NCBI GenBank assembly: GCA_964644675.1
Contig: CAZXWK010000001.1
Coordinates: 50,430 to 114,429 of the forward strand
Direction: 5' to 3'
DNA: 64,000 bases
DNA from: an uncultured Eubacteriales bacterium
GTDB lineage: Bacteria > Actinomycetota > Coriobacteriia > Anaerosomatales > JAAXUF01
The position numbers and the translations under genes were made by a program. Position 1 is the stretch's first letter, and every line of letters begins with the position of its first letter. Below the pieces are notes generated by a model. The model made no database searches. It saw only the letters and a list, made by a program, of their open reading frames with translations, and was not told the DNA's origin. Of the stretch, positions 29,254 to 37,205 are shown in pieces.

Positions 29254-29862
29254 CTAGATCTTTCCGGCGAGCATCCTGCCGAGCTGCGCAGCCTTGTCGC
29301 GGTCCCACTCGTCGAGCGGCTCCCTGTGCCATCCGCCCGTTATCGACAGCGAGCCCACCGTCTTGATCCCGCCGGTTTCCAGCGCCTGCCTCAGCTCCCG
29401 GATAGGGCCGCTCGTGTAGCCGAAGAACGTCGCAAGCGGCTCGGGCGTCCGACCGGCCGTGATGATGACGGCGCGCTTGACCGCGGTGACGGTCGTGCAC
29501 GGTGGCACGTCCCTGCGCCCGGTTCCTGGTAGGACGAGCTGCCGATCGTCGGGGAAGAACGCCTTGAGCCGGTCGAGCGTCGTCTGGAGGAGCGGATCGG
29601 GCCGACGGAAGTACGAGGGTAGTCCGAAGATCACCCCGTCCGCCTCTGAGATCCTCTCCGCAAGCTCGGGAAGGTCGTCCGGGATCTTGCAGGCGCCCGT
29701 GTAGCGGCACATCCCGCACCCGCCACACGGGTGGATCCTGAGCGCGGACAGCCGCACGCGCTCGACGACCGCCCCGACGGCCTCTGCCGCCCTGGCGGCC
29801 TCCTCGACCGACACACTCAGCACTCCCCGCGTGGGGCTCGCGTCGATGGCCACGATCCTCAC
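29254..29862 (-). CDS. iron-sulfur flavoprotein (Isf-like, flavodoxin-fold NADPH-dependent FMN reductase family)
   Basis: GTG start follows AGGGGGA. It has the flavodoxin-like N-terminus VRIVAIDASP and the compact Cys motif CGGCGMCRYTGAC (CX2CX2CX5C), characteristic of Isf proteins. Confidence 0.7.
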   Translation of the reverse strand: MRIVAIDASPTRGVLSVSVEEAARAAEAVGAVVERVRLSALRIHPCGGCGMCRYTGACKIPDDLPELAERISEADGVIFGLPSYFRRPDPLLQTTLDRLKAFFPDDRQLVLPGTGRRDVPPCTTVTAVKRAVIITAGRTPEPLATFFGYTSGPIRELRQALETGGIKTVGSLSITGGWHREPLDEWDRDKAAQLGRMLAGKI

Positions 29863-29896
29863 ACTGCATCCCCCTCTGAAACGTCGAGACTCATCG

Positions 29897-30499
29897 TCAC
29901 GCCGAACCCGTTCCGAACAGGTGCTGTTGGCTCTGCAGCGGCTCTCCCGCCCCGGGGAGCTGCCCGGAGCGAATCGCCTCGGCGATGTCGTCGAGCCAGT
30001 CGATGGTCGTCCGCTCCTGCGCAATCGCGCCCTCGAAGGCCGAGCCCCTCAGTGCAGCCTCCCGGGCCGTCGAGCCGGTCTCCTGGGCGAATAGGACGGC
30101 TTCCCCGCGCAGTGCGTCGAGTCGGGTCTGGTGTCTGGACCGCCGGCTCTCGATGACGTCCAGCAGCTCGCCCTCGGGAAGTGCGGCTGCGAAGTACAGC
30201 CACAGCAGTAGGGGGTCGCGGGCGGAGGCGAGGGCGGGCGATTCGCGCAGCCACGCAGTGAGGGCGTCTCGGCCTGCGGGGGTGATCTCATAGACACGGC
30301 GGTCGGGCCGACCCGCCTGGCGCTTCCGCGTCGAGGAGATCAAGCGGGCGCCCTGCAGCCGCTCCAGAGTGCGGTAGATCTGCGCCTGGTCGGCGGTCCA
30401 GATGAAGCGAGCGTCGTGATCGAAGCAGCGTGTCTTGAGGTCGTAGCCCGATCGCGGCCGCTCGCTGAGGAAGCCCAGGATCGCGGCTTCTAGCGACAT
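29897..30499 (-). CDS. PadR-family transcriptional regulator (long form with C-terminal domain)
   Basis: The translation MSLEAAILGFLSERPRSGYDLK...QIYRTLERL...RRVYEITPAGRDAL is a PadR winged helix. Confidence 0.85.
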   Translation of the reverse strand: MSLEAAILGFLSERPRSGYDLKTRCFDHDARFIWTADQAQIYRTLERLQGARLISSTRKRQAGRPDRRVYEITPAGRDALTAWLRESPALASARDPLLLWLYFAAALPEGELLDVIESRRSRHQTRLDALRGEAVLFAQETGSTAREAALRGSAFEGAIAQERTTIDWLDDIAEAIRSGQLPGAGEPLQSQQHLFGTGSA

Positions 30500-30519
30500 C
30501 CTCTGGCCCCCTCTGATGA

Positions 30520-30556
30520 ATACATGACAAAACATATACTAGACAAGACATATATG
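30520..30556. promoter_or_regulatory. AT-rich island upstream of the PadR gene with ACAT-type repeats (candidate promoter/operator)
   Basis: The sequence is tACATgacaaaACATATActagacaagACATATATG. It contains an ACATATA direct repeat (30532 and 30548) and the palindrome CATATATG. It starts about 21 bp upstream of the PadR start and contrasts strongly with the GC-rich flanks. Confidence 0.3.
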
Positions 30557-30659
30557 AATAGCAAGTCTCGACCAAAGGCTGAGGTAGGCCGCATTTGCGC
30601 AGCTCAGAAAGCTCTCGTCGAGCTCAAGTCAGGGTGGAGGGTAGTCCAAGCCCAGACAC

Positions 30660-30694
30660 GAAGAGACCCGGCTCTGCCAAACCGGGTCTCTTCG
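30660..30694 (-). terminator. stem-loop downstream of the SHOCT/EamA genes (candidate terminator)
   Basis: GAAGAGACCCGG-ctctgccaaa-CCGGGTCTCTTC is a perfect 12-bp stem. Confidence 0.5.
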
Positions 30695-30749
30695 CACAAG
30701 GAGGGGGAAAGCACGGCGCTTGGGGTGTGAGCGCCTGAATAGGGGCGTT

Positions 30750-30974
30750 CTAGCGGCGCAGGATCACGAGCATGCGCTCGTATTCCTCGGCTGAGATCTC
30801 GCCCTTCGCGTAGCGGTGGGCAAGGATCCTCTCGGCTTCGTCGAGGGGCGACGTCGGCCGGGCGGGAGCGGTCGCGTGGGCCGCGTTGCCGGCGAACACG
30901 CCGGTGGTACGACCGACGACCGCAAGGGCGGCGTACGCGGTCAGGCCGGCGATGACGACAAGTGCCAGGTACAT
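30750..30974 (-). CDS. SHOCT-domain membrane protein
   Basis: N-terminal TM helix followed by the C-terminal ...LDEAERILAHRYAKGEISAEEYERMLVIL, a SHOCT-like short oligomerisation motif. Confidence 0.65.
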   Translation of the reverse strand: MYLALVVIAGLTAYAALAVVGRTTGVFAGNAAHATAPARPTSPLDEAERILAHRYAKGEISAEEYERMLVILRR

Positions 30975-31103
30975 CTCGGCCTCCTTCTCTTCGTCGGGTT
31001 CGGTTGCCGCAACCTCACTATCGGCGAAGGGTGCGAAGGCGGAATGAACGCCGCGTGGAGAAGGTATGGATTGGAAATTGGAGCGGTCTCACGCGACGGC
31101 GTG

Positions 31104-32114
31104 CTAGACCTCGCTCGGCTCGGGTTCGAGAAGTGGTTCCTCGGCGAGGCTTCTCGCGGCGTCGTCCGCGGGGGGTCGACGGGGCGGTCGCGTGGGCGCG
31201 CCGGTCGCGAGCGCGACGCCGCCGACGATGACGACCATTCCCGCCAGCGTGGCTCCCGTGATGGGCTCCGGCGGCACCAGGCCGATCCTGCCGGCGAGGG
31301 CGCCGGCGAACACGGCGATCACCGGATTCACGTACGCGTACGTCATCACCTTGCTCGCGGGCAGGTGCTTGAGCGCGTAGGTGAAAGCGGTGAATGCGAT
31401 CGCGCTGCCGAACACGATGAGGTAGAGGAGGGCCGACATCGCCTTGGCGTTGAAGGTCACGAGAGGCCATTCGCCGCGGATGGCCGCGATCGCGATCAGA
31501 ACCAGTCCCGCGGCGAGCATCTCGTAGGCGGTCATGACGGTGTTGTCGCAGGTGACCGGGTGACGCTTGGAGTAGATCGAGCCGCTCGCCCACAGCCAAG
31601 TGCCCACGATCTGCAGGCCTATCCCGAGCAGCTCCGTCGCTCCCGCCGAAACGCCGACGAGCCTGGGCCACAACAGCACGCCCAGACCGGCGAACCCGAC
31701 CGCCAGCCCGATCCAGCCGAGCCTGCTGGGACGCTGCATGTCGGGGAACGCCGACTCCGCGAGCGCGATCCACAGCGGAAGCAGCGCGACCACGAGTGCC
31801 GAGATACCGGAAGGCACGTTCTGCTCGGCGAGGAAGGTGAAGTATTGGCCGCCCACGATGAGCAGGATGCCGACGATGACCGATACGCGGAGGTCCTTGG
31901 CGGAGATCCTGAGGGGCACGCGCCTCCACGCCGCGATGCCGAACATGATCGCCGCGGCCGGTATCTGGCGCATCGCCGCGTAGGCTGTCGGCGGCAGCCC
32001 GGCGTCGAGACCGACCTTGATGGCGAGGTACGTGGTGCCCCACACCACGTACATGATCAGCATCGAGAGGACGACCTTGAAGCGATTCGAGGGGGCGGAC
32101 ACGAAGCTCCTCAC
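31104..32114 (-). CDS. EamA/DMT-superfamily transporter
   Basis: Ten-TM protein with two EamA-like halves (...VVWGTTYLAIKVGL...). GTG start, exact start uncertain. Confidence 0.8.
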   Translation of the reverse strand: MRSFVSAPSNRFKVVLSMLIMYVVWGTTYLAIKVGLDAGLPPTAYAAMRQIPAAAIMFGIAAWRRVPLRISAKDLRVSVIVGILLIVGGQYFTFLAEQNVPSGISALVVALLPLWIALAESAFPDMQRPSRLGWIGLAVGFAGLGVLLWPRLVGVSAGATELLGIGLQIVGTWLWASGSIYSKRHPVTCDNTVMTAYEMLAAGLVLIAIAAIRGEWPLVTFNAKAMSALLYLIVFGSAIAFTAFTYALKHLPASKVMTYAYVNPVIAVFAGALAGRIGLVPPEPITGATLAGMVVIVGGVALATGAPTRPPRRPPADDAARSLAEEPLLEPEPSEV

Positions 32115-32209
32115 CAGGCTGTAGGCTGCGACATCTTGCCACTGTAGCGCTCCGGGCGCGGGGGTGCAGGACGCCTCACGCGCTCGCGCGCCTCGGTTAC
32201 ACTGGAGCC

Positions 32210-32656
32210 ATGACGGAGTATACGTACGAGTACCCGAGACCCGCCTTCACCTGCGACACCGTCGTGTTCGCCGGTCCCTCGGCCGCGCGCAAGGTCCTGC
32301 TCGTTCGGCGCGGAGCCGAACCGTTCCTGGGCTGCTGGGCGCTCCCCGGCGGCTTTGTCGACGAAGGCGAACGCCCGGTCGAAGCCGCGCGCCGCGAGCT
32401 CGCGGAGGAAACGGGGCTGATCTGGGAGGGCCCGCTCGTGCCCGTGGGAACGTTCGGCGATCCCGGCCGCGACCCGCGCGGGTGGGTGGTGACCGCGGCG
32501 TATCTCGCCGACATCGGTCTCGAGCCGCTGACGGTCGTAGGCGGGGACGACGCCTCGGAGGCGGCCTGGTTCTTCGCCGACGAGTTGCCGTCGAAGCTCG
32601 CATTCGACCACGACGAAGTCATCGCCGCCGCCTTGTGGCGGCTGCGGTGCCTGTAG
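32210..32656 (+). CDS. NUDIX hydrolase
   Basis: Nudix box GGFVDEGERPVEAARRELAEETGL. Confidence 0.85.
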   Translation: MTEYTYEYPRPAFTCDTVVFAGPSAARKVLLVRRGAEPFLGCWALPGGFVDEGERPVEAARRELAEETGLIWEGPLVPVGTFGDPGRDPRGWVVTAAYLADIGLEPLTVVGGDDASEAAWFFADELPSKLAFDHDEVIAAALWRLRCL

Positions 32657-32666
32657 GGGGTAGCGC

Positions 32667-32999
32667 GTGTACTTCGGGTACGTGAGCCTGGTCAGCTATC
32701 CCTTCGTCTCGTTCGGCTTCTGGGTCGTCCTCATCGCCACGGTCGGGTTCACGCTCGTGTACCCGGTCGGCTCCTCAAGAGGCCGCCGGGCGGCGGAGCA
32801 GTGGATCCGCGCGTGCGTGGTGCTTCTCGTGGTGGGCGGGGTCGCCGACGTGACCTGGGCGGTACTCAGCGGCCAGTGGTCGGCCTTCATGGCCACGTTC
32901 GGGTCCGGCCCGCTTGTCGAGATGGCGATGCTCGGCACGCTCGTCGTGGGCTCGATGTGGTTCATGGCGGTCCGCTACACGCAGGGCCTCGAGAAGTAG
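32667..32999 (+). CDS. small hypothetical membrane protein (3 predicted TM helices)
   Basis: GTG follows TAGGGGG. The hydrophobic segments have coding-like composition. No motif was recognised. Confidence 0.5.
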   Translation: MYFGYVSLVSYPFVSFGFWVVLIATVGFTLVYPVGSSRGRRAAEQWIRACVVLLVVGGVADVTWAVLSGQWSAFMATFGSGPLVEMAMLGTLVVGSMWFMAVRYTQGLEK

Positions 33000-33063
33000 T
33001 ACTCTCTACGCTCCCTCGACGGGGAATCACACCGTCAGGAGCGCCGCCTGGGAAGGACCAGCC

Positions 33064-35526
33064 ATGCCCGACATCATGATGCGACTTGGCCGCGACGTGC
33101 TCGTGCTCGAAGGGGCGATGGGCACGATGTTGCACCGCGCCGGGCTTCCCGCGGGCGAGTGCCCCGAACTGCTCAACGTCACGGCGCCCGAGATGGTGAG
33201 CGACGTGCACCGGCTCTACGCGCTCGCCGGTGCCGACTGCTGCACCACGAACACCTTCGGCGGTTCGCGGCCCAAGCTCGCCGAATACGGCTACGCCGAT
33301 CGCGTCGCGGAGCTCAACCGGGCTGCGGTGCGGATCTGCAAGGCGGACGGTGCCGCGCACGTGCTCGCCGACGTCGGCCCCACGGGGCTGGTCATGGAGC
33401 CGCTCGGCACGGCGACCTTCGACGAGCTCTTCGCGGTCTTCGCCGAGCAGATCGCCGCGCTCGCCGCCGAGAAGCCGGACGCGATCTTCTTCGAGACGTT
33501 CACCGACATCGCCGAGCTGCGCTGCGGCGTTCTGGCCGCCAAGTCCGTGTGCGACCTCCCGGTCTTCGCGAGTTGCACCTTTGGGATGTCGGGACGCATG
33601 GACCTCTCCGGGACCGATCCCGCGACCGCGGCCGTCATCCTCGAGGCGGCGGGCGCCGACGCGGTGGGACTCAACTGCGGCCTGGGCCCGGAGCAGATGC
33701 TCCCGCTCGCCGAGACGATGGTCCGCGCGACGAAGCTGCCGGTGATCGTGCAGCCCAACGCCGGGCTGCCCTTCCTCGACGACGAGGGCCATACGGTGTT
33801 CCCGGGCACTCCGCACGAGATGGGTCGGTTCGCTGCCGACGCGCGAGCCGTCGGCGCCGCCGCCGTGGGCTCGTGCTGCGGCTCGACGCCTGCGTTCACC
33901 GGAGCGATCGTCGACGCCGTGGCCGACCGGGACGTCGTCGAGATCGCGGAGCGAGGCTACTCGGACGCCCCGATCGCGGGACCGCGCAAGGTCGTCACCT
34001 TCGGTCCCGGTTCCCCGGTCCGTATCGTCGGCGAGCGCATCAACCCGACGGGCAAGCCCAAGCTCAAGGAGACGCTGCTCGCGGGCTCGATGAGCGTCGT
34101 GCGCGCGTATGCGGCCGAGCAGGAGGCCGCAGGGGCCGACGTGCTCGACGTGAACGTAGGCGCGGCGGGGGTGGACGCGGCGACCACGCTGCCTGCCGCG
34201 GTGATCGCGCTCTCCGGTTCCACCGATCTGCCGCTCGTGCTCGACACCACCGACCCGATGGCGCTCGAGGCGGCGTTGCGCGTCTACCCCGGCCGTGCGC
34301 TGATCAACAGCGTCAACGGAGATCCCGAGTCGATGGCGACGGTGCTGCCGCTCGCCGCGAAGTACGGCGCGGCGCTCGTGGTGCTCGCGCTTGACGACGA
34401 GGGGATCCCCGCCGACGTCGAAGGGCGCGTGGCCATCGTCGAGCGCGTCCGTGCCGCGGCGGTCGCGGCCGGCATCGCCGAGCGCGACCTGATCGTGGAC
34501 TCGCTGGTCATGACGGCGGCAACCGACGCCCACGCGCCGCGGGTCACGGTGGAGACGCTCGCGCGCGTGCACGAGTCGGGCCTGGCGACGCTGCTCGGCG
34601 TCTCCAACGTCAGCCACGGGCTGCCGGATCGCGCGCTTCTCAACGCCGCGTTCTTCGATGCGGCGGCCGCCTCCGGGCTCGACGCCGCGATCCTGAACCC
34701 CAACGACCGGGTGGTGATGCAGGCGGTCGAGCTCGCGAACAGCGCCCGCGCGGCAGGGGAGGCGTCCGACGCCCACGGCGAAGCGTGGGCGGCGTGGGAC
34801 GCCGCGTACGAGGCCGCGCTCGCAGATGCGGCCGCGGGCACCGACGCGCTTGCGGGCGCGGCCGAGGGAGTCGGCGGCCCGGGCGGCGCCGCGCCCGAGC
34901 CTCGCGCGGCCCTCGAGACCGCGGTGCTGCGCGGCGACGCCGACGCCTCTCCGGGGCTGGTGGACGCGGTCATCGCAGCCGGCACGCCCGCGACCGAGGT
35001 CATCGGCGCCGTGCTCACGCCGGCGATCCAGCGCCTGGGCGACGCGTACGGCCGCGGCGAGGCGTTCCTGCCGCAGATGATGATCGCCGCCGACGCCATG
35101 AAGGCCGCCGTCGCGCGCGTGAAGGAACACCTGCCCGAGGGCGAGGGCGTCTCGGAGGGGCGCGTCGTCTTCGCGACCGTGAAGGGCGACATCCACTCCA
35201 TCGGCAAGGACATCTGCGTCTCGCTGCTCGAGAGCCAGGGCTTCGACGTCGAGGACCTGGGCGTGGACGTACCGGCCGAGAAGGTCGTCTCGGCGGCGGC
35301 GGATGCGGATGCCGTCTGCCTCTCGGCGCTCATGACGACGACGCTGCCGGCGATGAAGGCGACGGTCGAGGCGGTCGGCTCGGCGGGCAACGTCCCGGTC
35401 TTCGTGGGCGGCGCGGTGGTCACCGCGGATTGGGCGGCGGGCGTGGGCGCGGGGTATTCTGCAGACGCGCCCGGCTGCGTCGCGGCGGTGCGCGAAGCGA
35501 TCGTCGGCCGACGGAGCGGTTCATGA
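33064..35526 (+). CDS. metH: cobalamin-dependent methionine synthase lacking the C-terminal AdoMet reactivation domain
   Basis: 820 aa. It has an Hcy S-methyltransferase domain (...GADCCTTNTFG...GSCCGSTP), a pterin-binding domain (...GADVLDVNVG...), and a B12 cap plus the B12-binding DxHxxG motif (GDIHSIGKD). Confidence 0.9.
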   Translation: MPDIMMRLGRDVLVLEGAMGTMLHRAGLPAGECPELLNVTAPEMVSDVHRLYALAGADCCTTNTFGGSRPKLAEYGYADRVAELNRAAVRICKADGAAHVLADVGPTGLVMEPLGTATFDELFAVFAEQIAALAAEKPDAIFFETFTDIAELRCGVLAAKSVCDLPVFASCTFGMSGRMDLSGTDPATAAVILEAAGADAVGLNCGLGPEQMLPLAETMVRATKLPVIVQPNAGLPFLDDEGHTVFPGTPHEMGRFAADARAVGAAAVGSCCGSTPAFTGAIVDAVADRDVVEIAERGYSDAPIAGPRKVVTFGPGSPVRIVGERINPTGKPKLKETLLAGSMSVVRAYAAEQEAAGADVLDVNVGAAGVDAATTLPAAVIALSGSTDLPLVLDTTDPMALEAALRVYPGRALINSVNGDPESMATVLPLAAKYGAALVVLALDDEGIPADVEGRVAIVERVRAAAVAAGIAERDLIVDSLVMTAATDAHAPRVTVETLARVHESGLATLLGVSNVSHGLPDRALLNAAFFDAAAASGLDAAILNPNDRVVMQAVELANSARAAGEASDAHGEAWAAWDAAYEAALADAAAGTDALAGAAEGVGGPGGAAPEPRAALETAVLRGDADASPGLVDAVIAAGTPATEVIGAVLTPAIQRLGDAYGRGEAFLPQMMIAADAMKAAVARVKEHLPEGEGVSEGRVVFATVKGDIHSIGKDICVSLLESQGFDVEDLGVDVPAEKVVSAAADADAVCLSALMTTTLPAMKATVEAVGSAGNVPVFVGGAVVTADWAAGVGAGYSADAPGCVAAVREAIVGRRSGS

Positions 35527-36209
35527 TCATCACCAAGCCTAGAGCGTGGCAGCGGATCCTCGACAACCTCGCCGAGATCGGGGCGAAGCGCGTGTTCGTG
35601 ATGGGCTGCGGAGAGTGCGCGACCGTGGCGCACACCGGCGGCGGCGCGGAGGTGCTCAAGGCCAAGGCGGCGCTCGAGAGCAAGGGCTACGAGGTCACGG
35701 GGACCGCCGTCGACGACGTCGCCTGCCACTCGGGTGGCACCAAGCTGCTCGTCCGCAAGAACTCGCCCGCCATCGACGCCGCGGACGCGATCGTCGTCCT
35801 GACGTGCGGAGCCGGCGTCCAGACGGTCGCTGACGCGACGAGCAAGCCCGTCTTCCCCGGACTCGAGAGCGTGTTTCTCGGCAACGTCGTCAGGCACGGC
35901 GTGTTCGAGGAGCGCTGCCAGATGTGCGGCGACTGCGTGCTCGACAAGACCGCGGGCATCTGTCCCGTCACGACGTGCCCCAAGGGCCTGCTCAACGGGC
36001 CGTGTGGCGGCATGTGGGACGGCAAGTGCGAGGTGCTCCGCGATCGCGAGTGCACGCACGTGCGGATCCATCACCGGCTCGCTCAGCAGGGGCGCAGCCG
36101 GCTGAGGACCATCCCCGCCAAGGACTACTCGGCGAAGCTGAAGCCGGGTGCGGTCAACCTGCGCGACTCGGCGCTCGGGCGCGGCTCGGGCGGGGAGGAG
36201 CGCTCGTGA
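35523..36209 (+). CDS. methylenetetrahydrofolate reductase C-terminal-domain protein (MetV-like, Cys-rich)
   Basis: The start overlaps the metH stop (ATGA). Cys-rich motifs are GCGECAT and CQMCGDCVLDKTAGICPVTTCPKGLLNGPCGG. Confidence 0.8.
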   Translation: MIITKPRAWQRILDNLAEIGAKRVFVMGCGECATVAHTGGGAEVLKAKAALESKGYEVTGTAVDDVACHSGGTKLLVRKNSPAIDAADAIVVLTCGAGVQTVADATSKPVFPGLESVFLGNVVRHGVFEERCQMCGDCVLDKTAGICPVTTCPKGLLNGPCGGMWDGKCEVLRDRECTHVRIHHRLAQQGRSRLRTIPAKDYSAKLKPGAVNLRDSALGRGSGGEERS

Positions 36210-37084
36210 GCCGGCTGCGCGAAGCGCTCGCGCGCGGCGAATTCGTCATCACCGGCGAAGTCGCGCCTCCTCACGGCACGGACTACTCGGCGATGCTGAG
36301 GAGCGTCGAGAAGCTCGCACCCGTCTGCCACGCGCTCAACGTCACCGACAACCAGGGCGCGACGCTGCACCTCAGCTCTCTTGCCGCCTCGCGCGTGGTG
36401 CTCGAGAACGGCGGGGGATGCGAGCCGATCTTCCAGCAGACGTGCCGGGACCGGAACCGGCTCGCGCTGCAGAGCGACCTGCTCGCGGCGTGGACGCTCG
36501 GGCTCGAGAACGTGCTCGTCGTGACGGGCGACGATCCCCGGGGCGGCGACCACGCGCAGGCGAAGGGCGTCTTCGACCTCGACTCGACGCAGCTCATCGA
36601 GGTCACGGCCAAGCTGAACGCCGGCGTCGACATGAACGGCTCGCCGCTCGACGGTGCGACTGACTTCTACATCGGCGGCGCGCTGTTCCCCGAGGCCGAG
36701 CCCTGGGACATCCAACTCGAGCGCGCGCTGCAGAAGATCGAGGCGGGCGCGACGTTCTTCCAGACCCAGGCGATGACCGATCCCGAGAAGTTCGCGCGTG
36801 CGTACGATGCGCTGCGTCCCACGGGCGCCAAGATCATCGCCGGCGTGCTGCTGCTCAAGAACCCGCGCGTCATCAGGTTCATCAACGAGAAGCTGGCCGG
36901 TCTCATGATCCCCGACCACATCGCCGAGAGGATCGCGCGGGCGGACGACCCGCTCGAGGAGTCGATCCAGCTCGCGATCGAGCAGGTGGAGCAGCTGCGT
37001 GACATCGCCGACGGCGTGCACATCATGCCCCTCGGCGCCGACGACGCCGTGCCGCGGATACTCGAGGGCGCGGGGCTCGTCTAG
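36206..37084 (+). CDS. metF: methylenetetrahydrofolate reductase
   Basis: GTG overlaps the MetV stop (GTGA). The translation FVITGEVAPPHG...LNVTDNQGA...TCRDRN...TGD... matches the MTHFR fold. Confidence 0.85.
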   Translation: MSRLREALARGEFVITGEVAPPHGTDYSAMLRSVEKLAPVCHALNVTDNQGATLHLSSLAASRVVLENGGGCEPIFQQTCRDRNRLALQSDLLAAWTLGLENVLVVTGDDPRGGDHAQAKGVFDLDSTQLIEVTAKLNAGVDMNGSPLDGATDFYIGGALFPEAEPWDIQLERALQKIEAGATFFQTQAMTDPEKFARAYDALRPTGAKIIAGVLLLKNPRVIRFINEKLAGLMIPDHIAERIARADDPLEESIQLAIEQVEQLRDIADGVHIMPLGADDAVPRILEGAGLV

Positions 37085-37205
37085 GCGTCGTGTCGCGCCG
37101 ATAACACGCTTGGCAGGCGTCGTGCTGTCGCGGCGTGAGATGCGCGGCTGCGATAGGGCCGCGTGCGCGCCACGACCAACCCGAACGCACGACTGAAAGC
37201 ACGCG

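Noticed and set aside
30524-30730. 68-aa plus-strand ORF in the PadR/SHOCT intergenic region
   Set aside because: It starts inside the AT-rich promoter island, runs through the 30660-30694 terminator hairpin, and has no RBS or recognisable motif.
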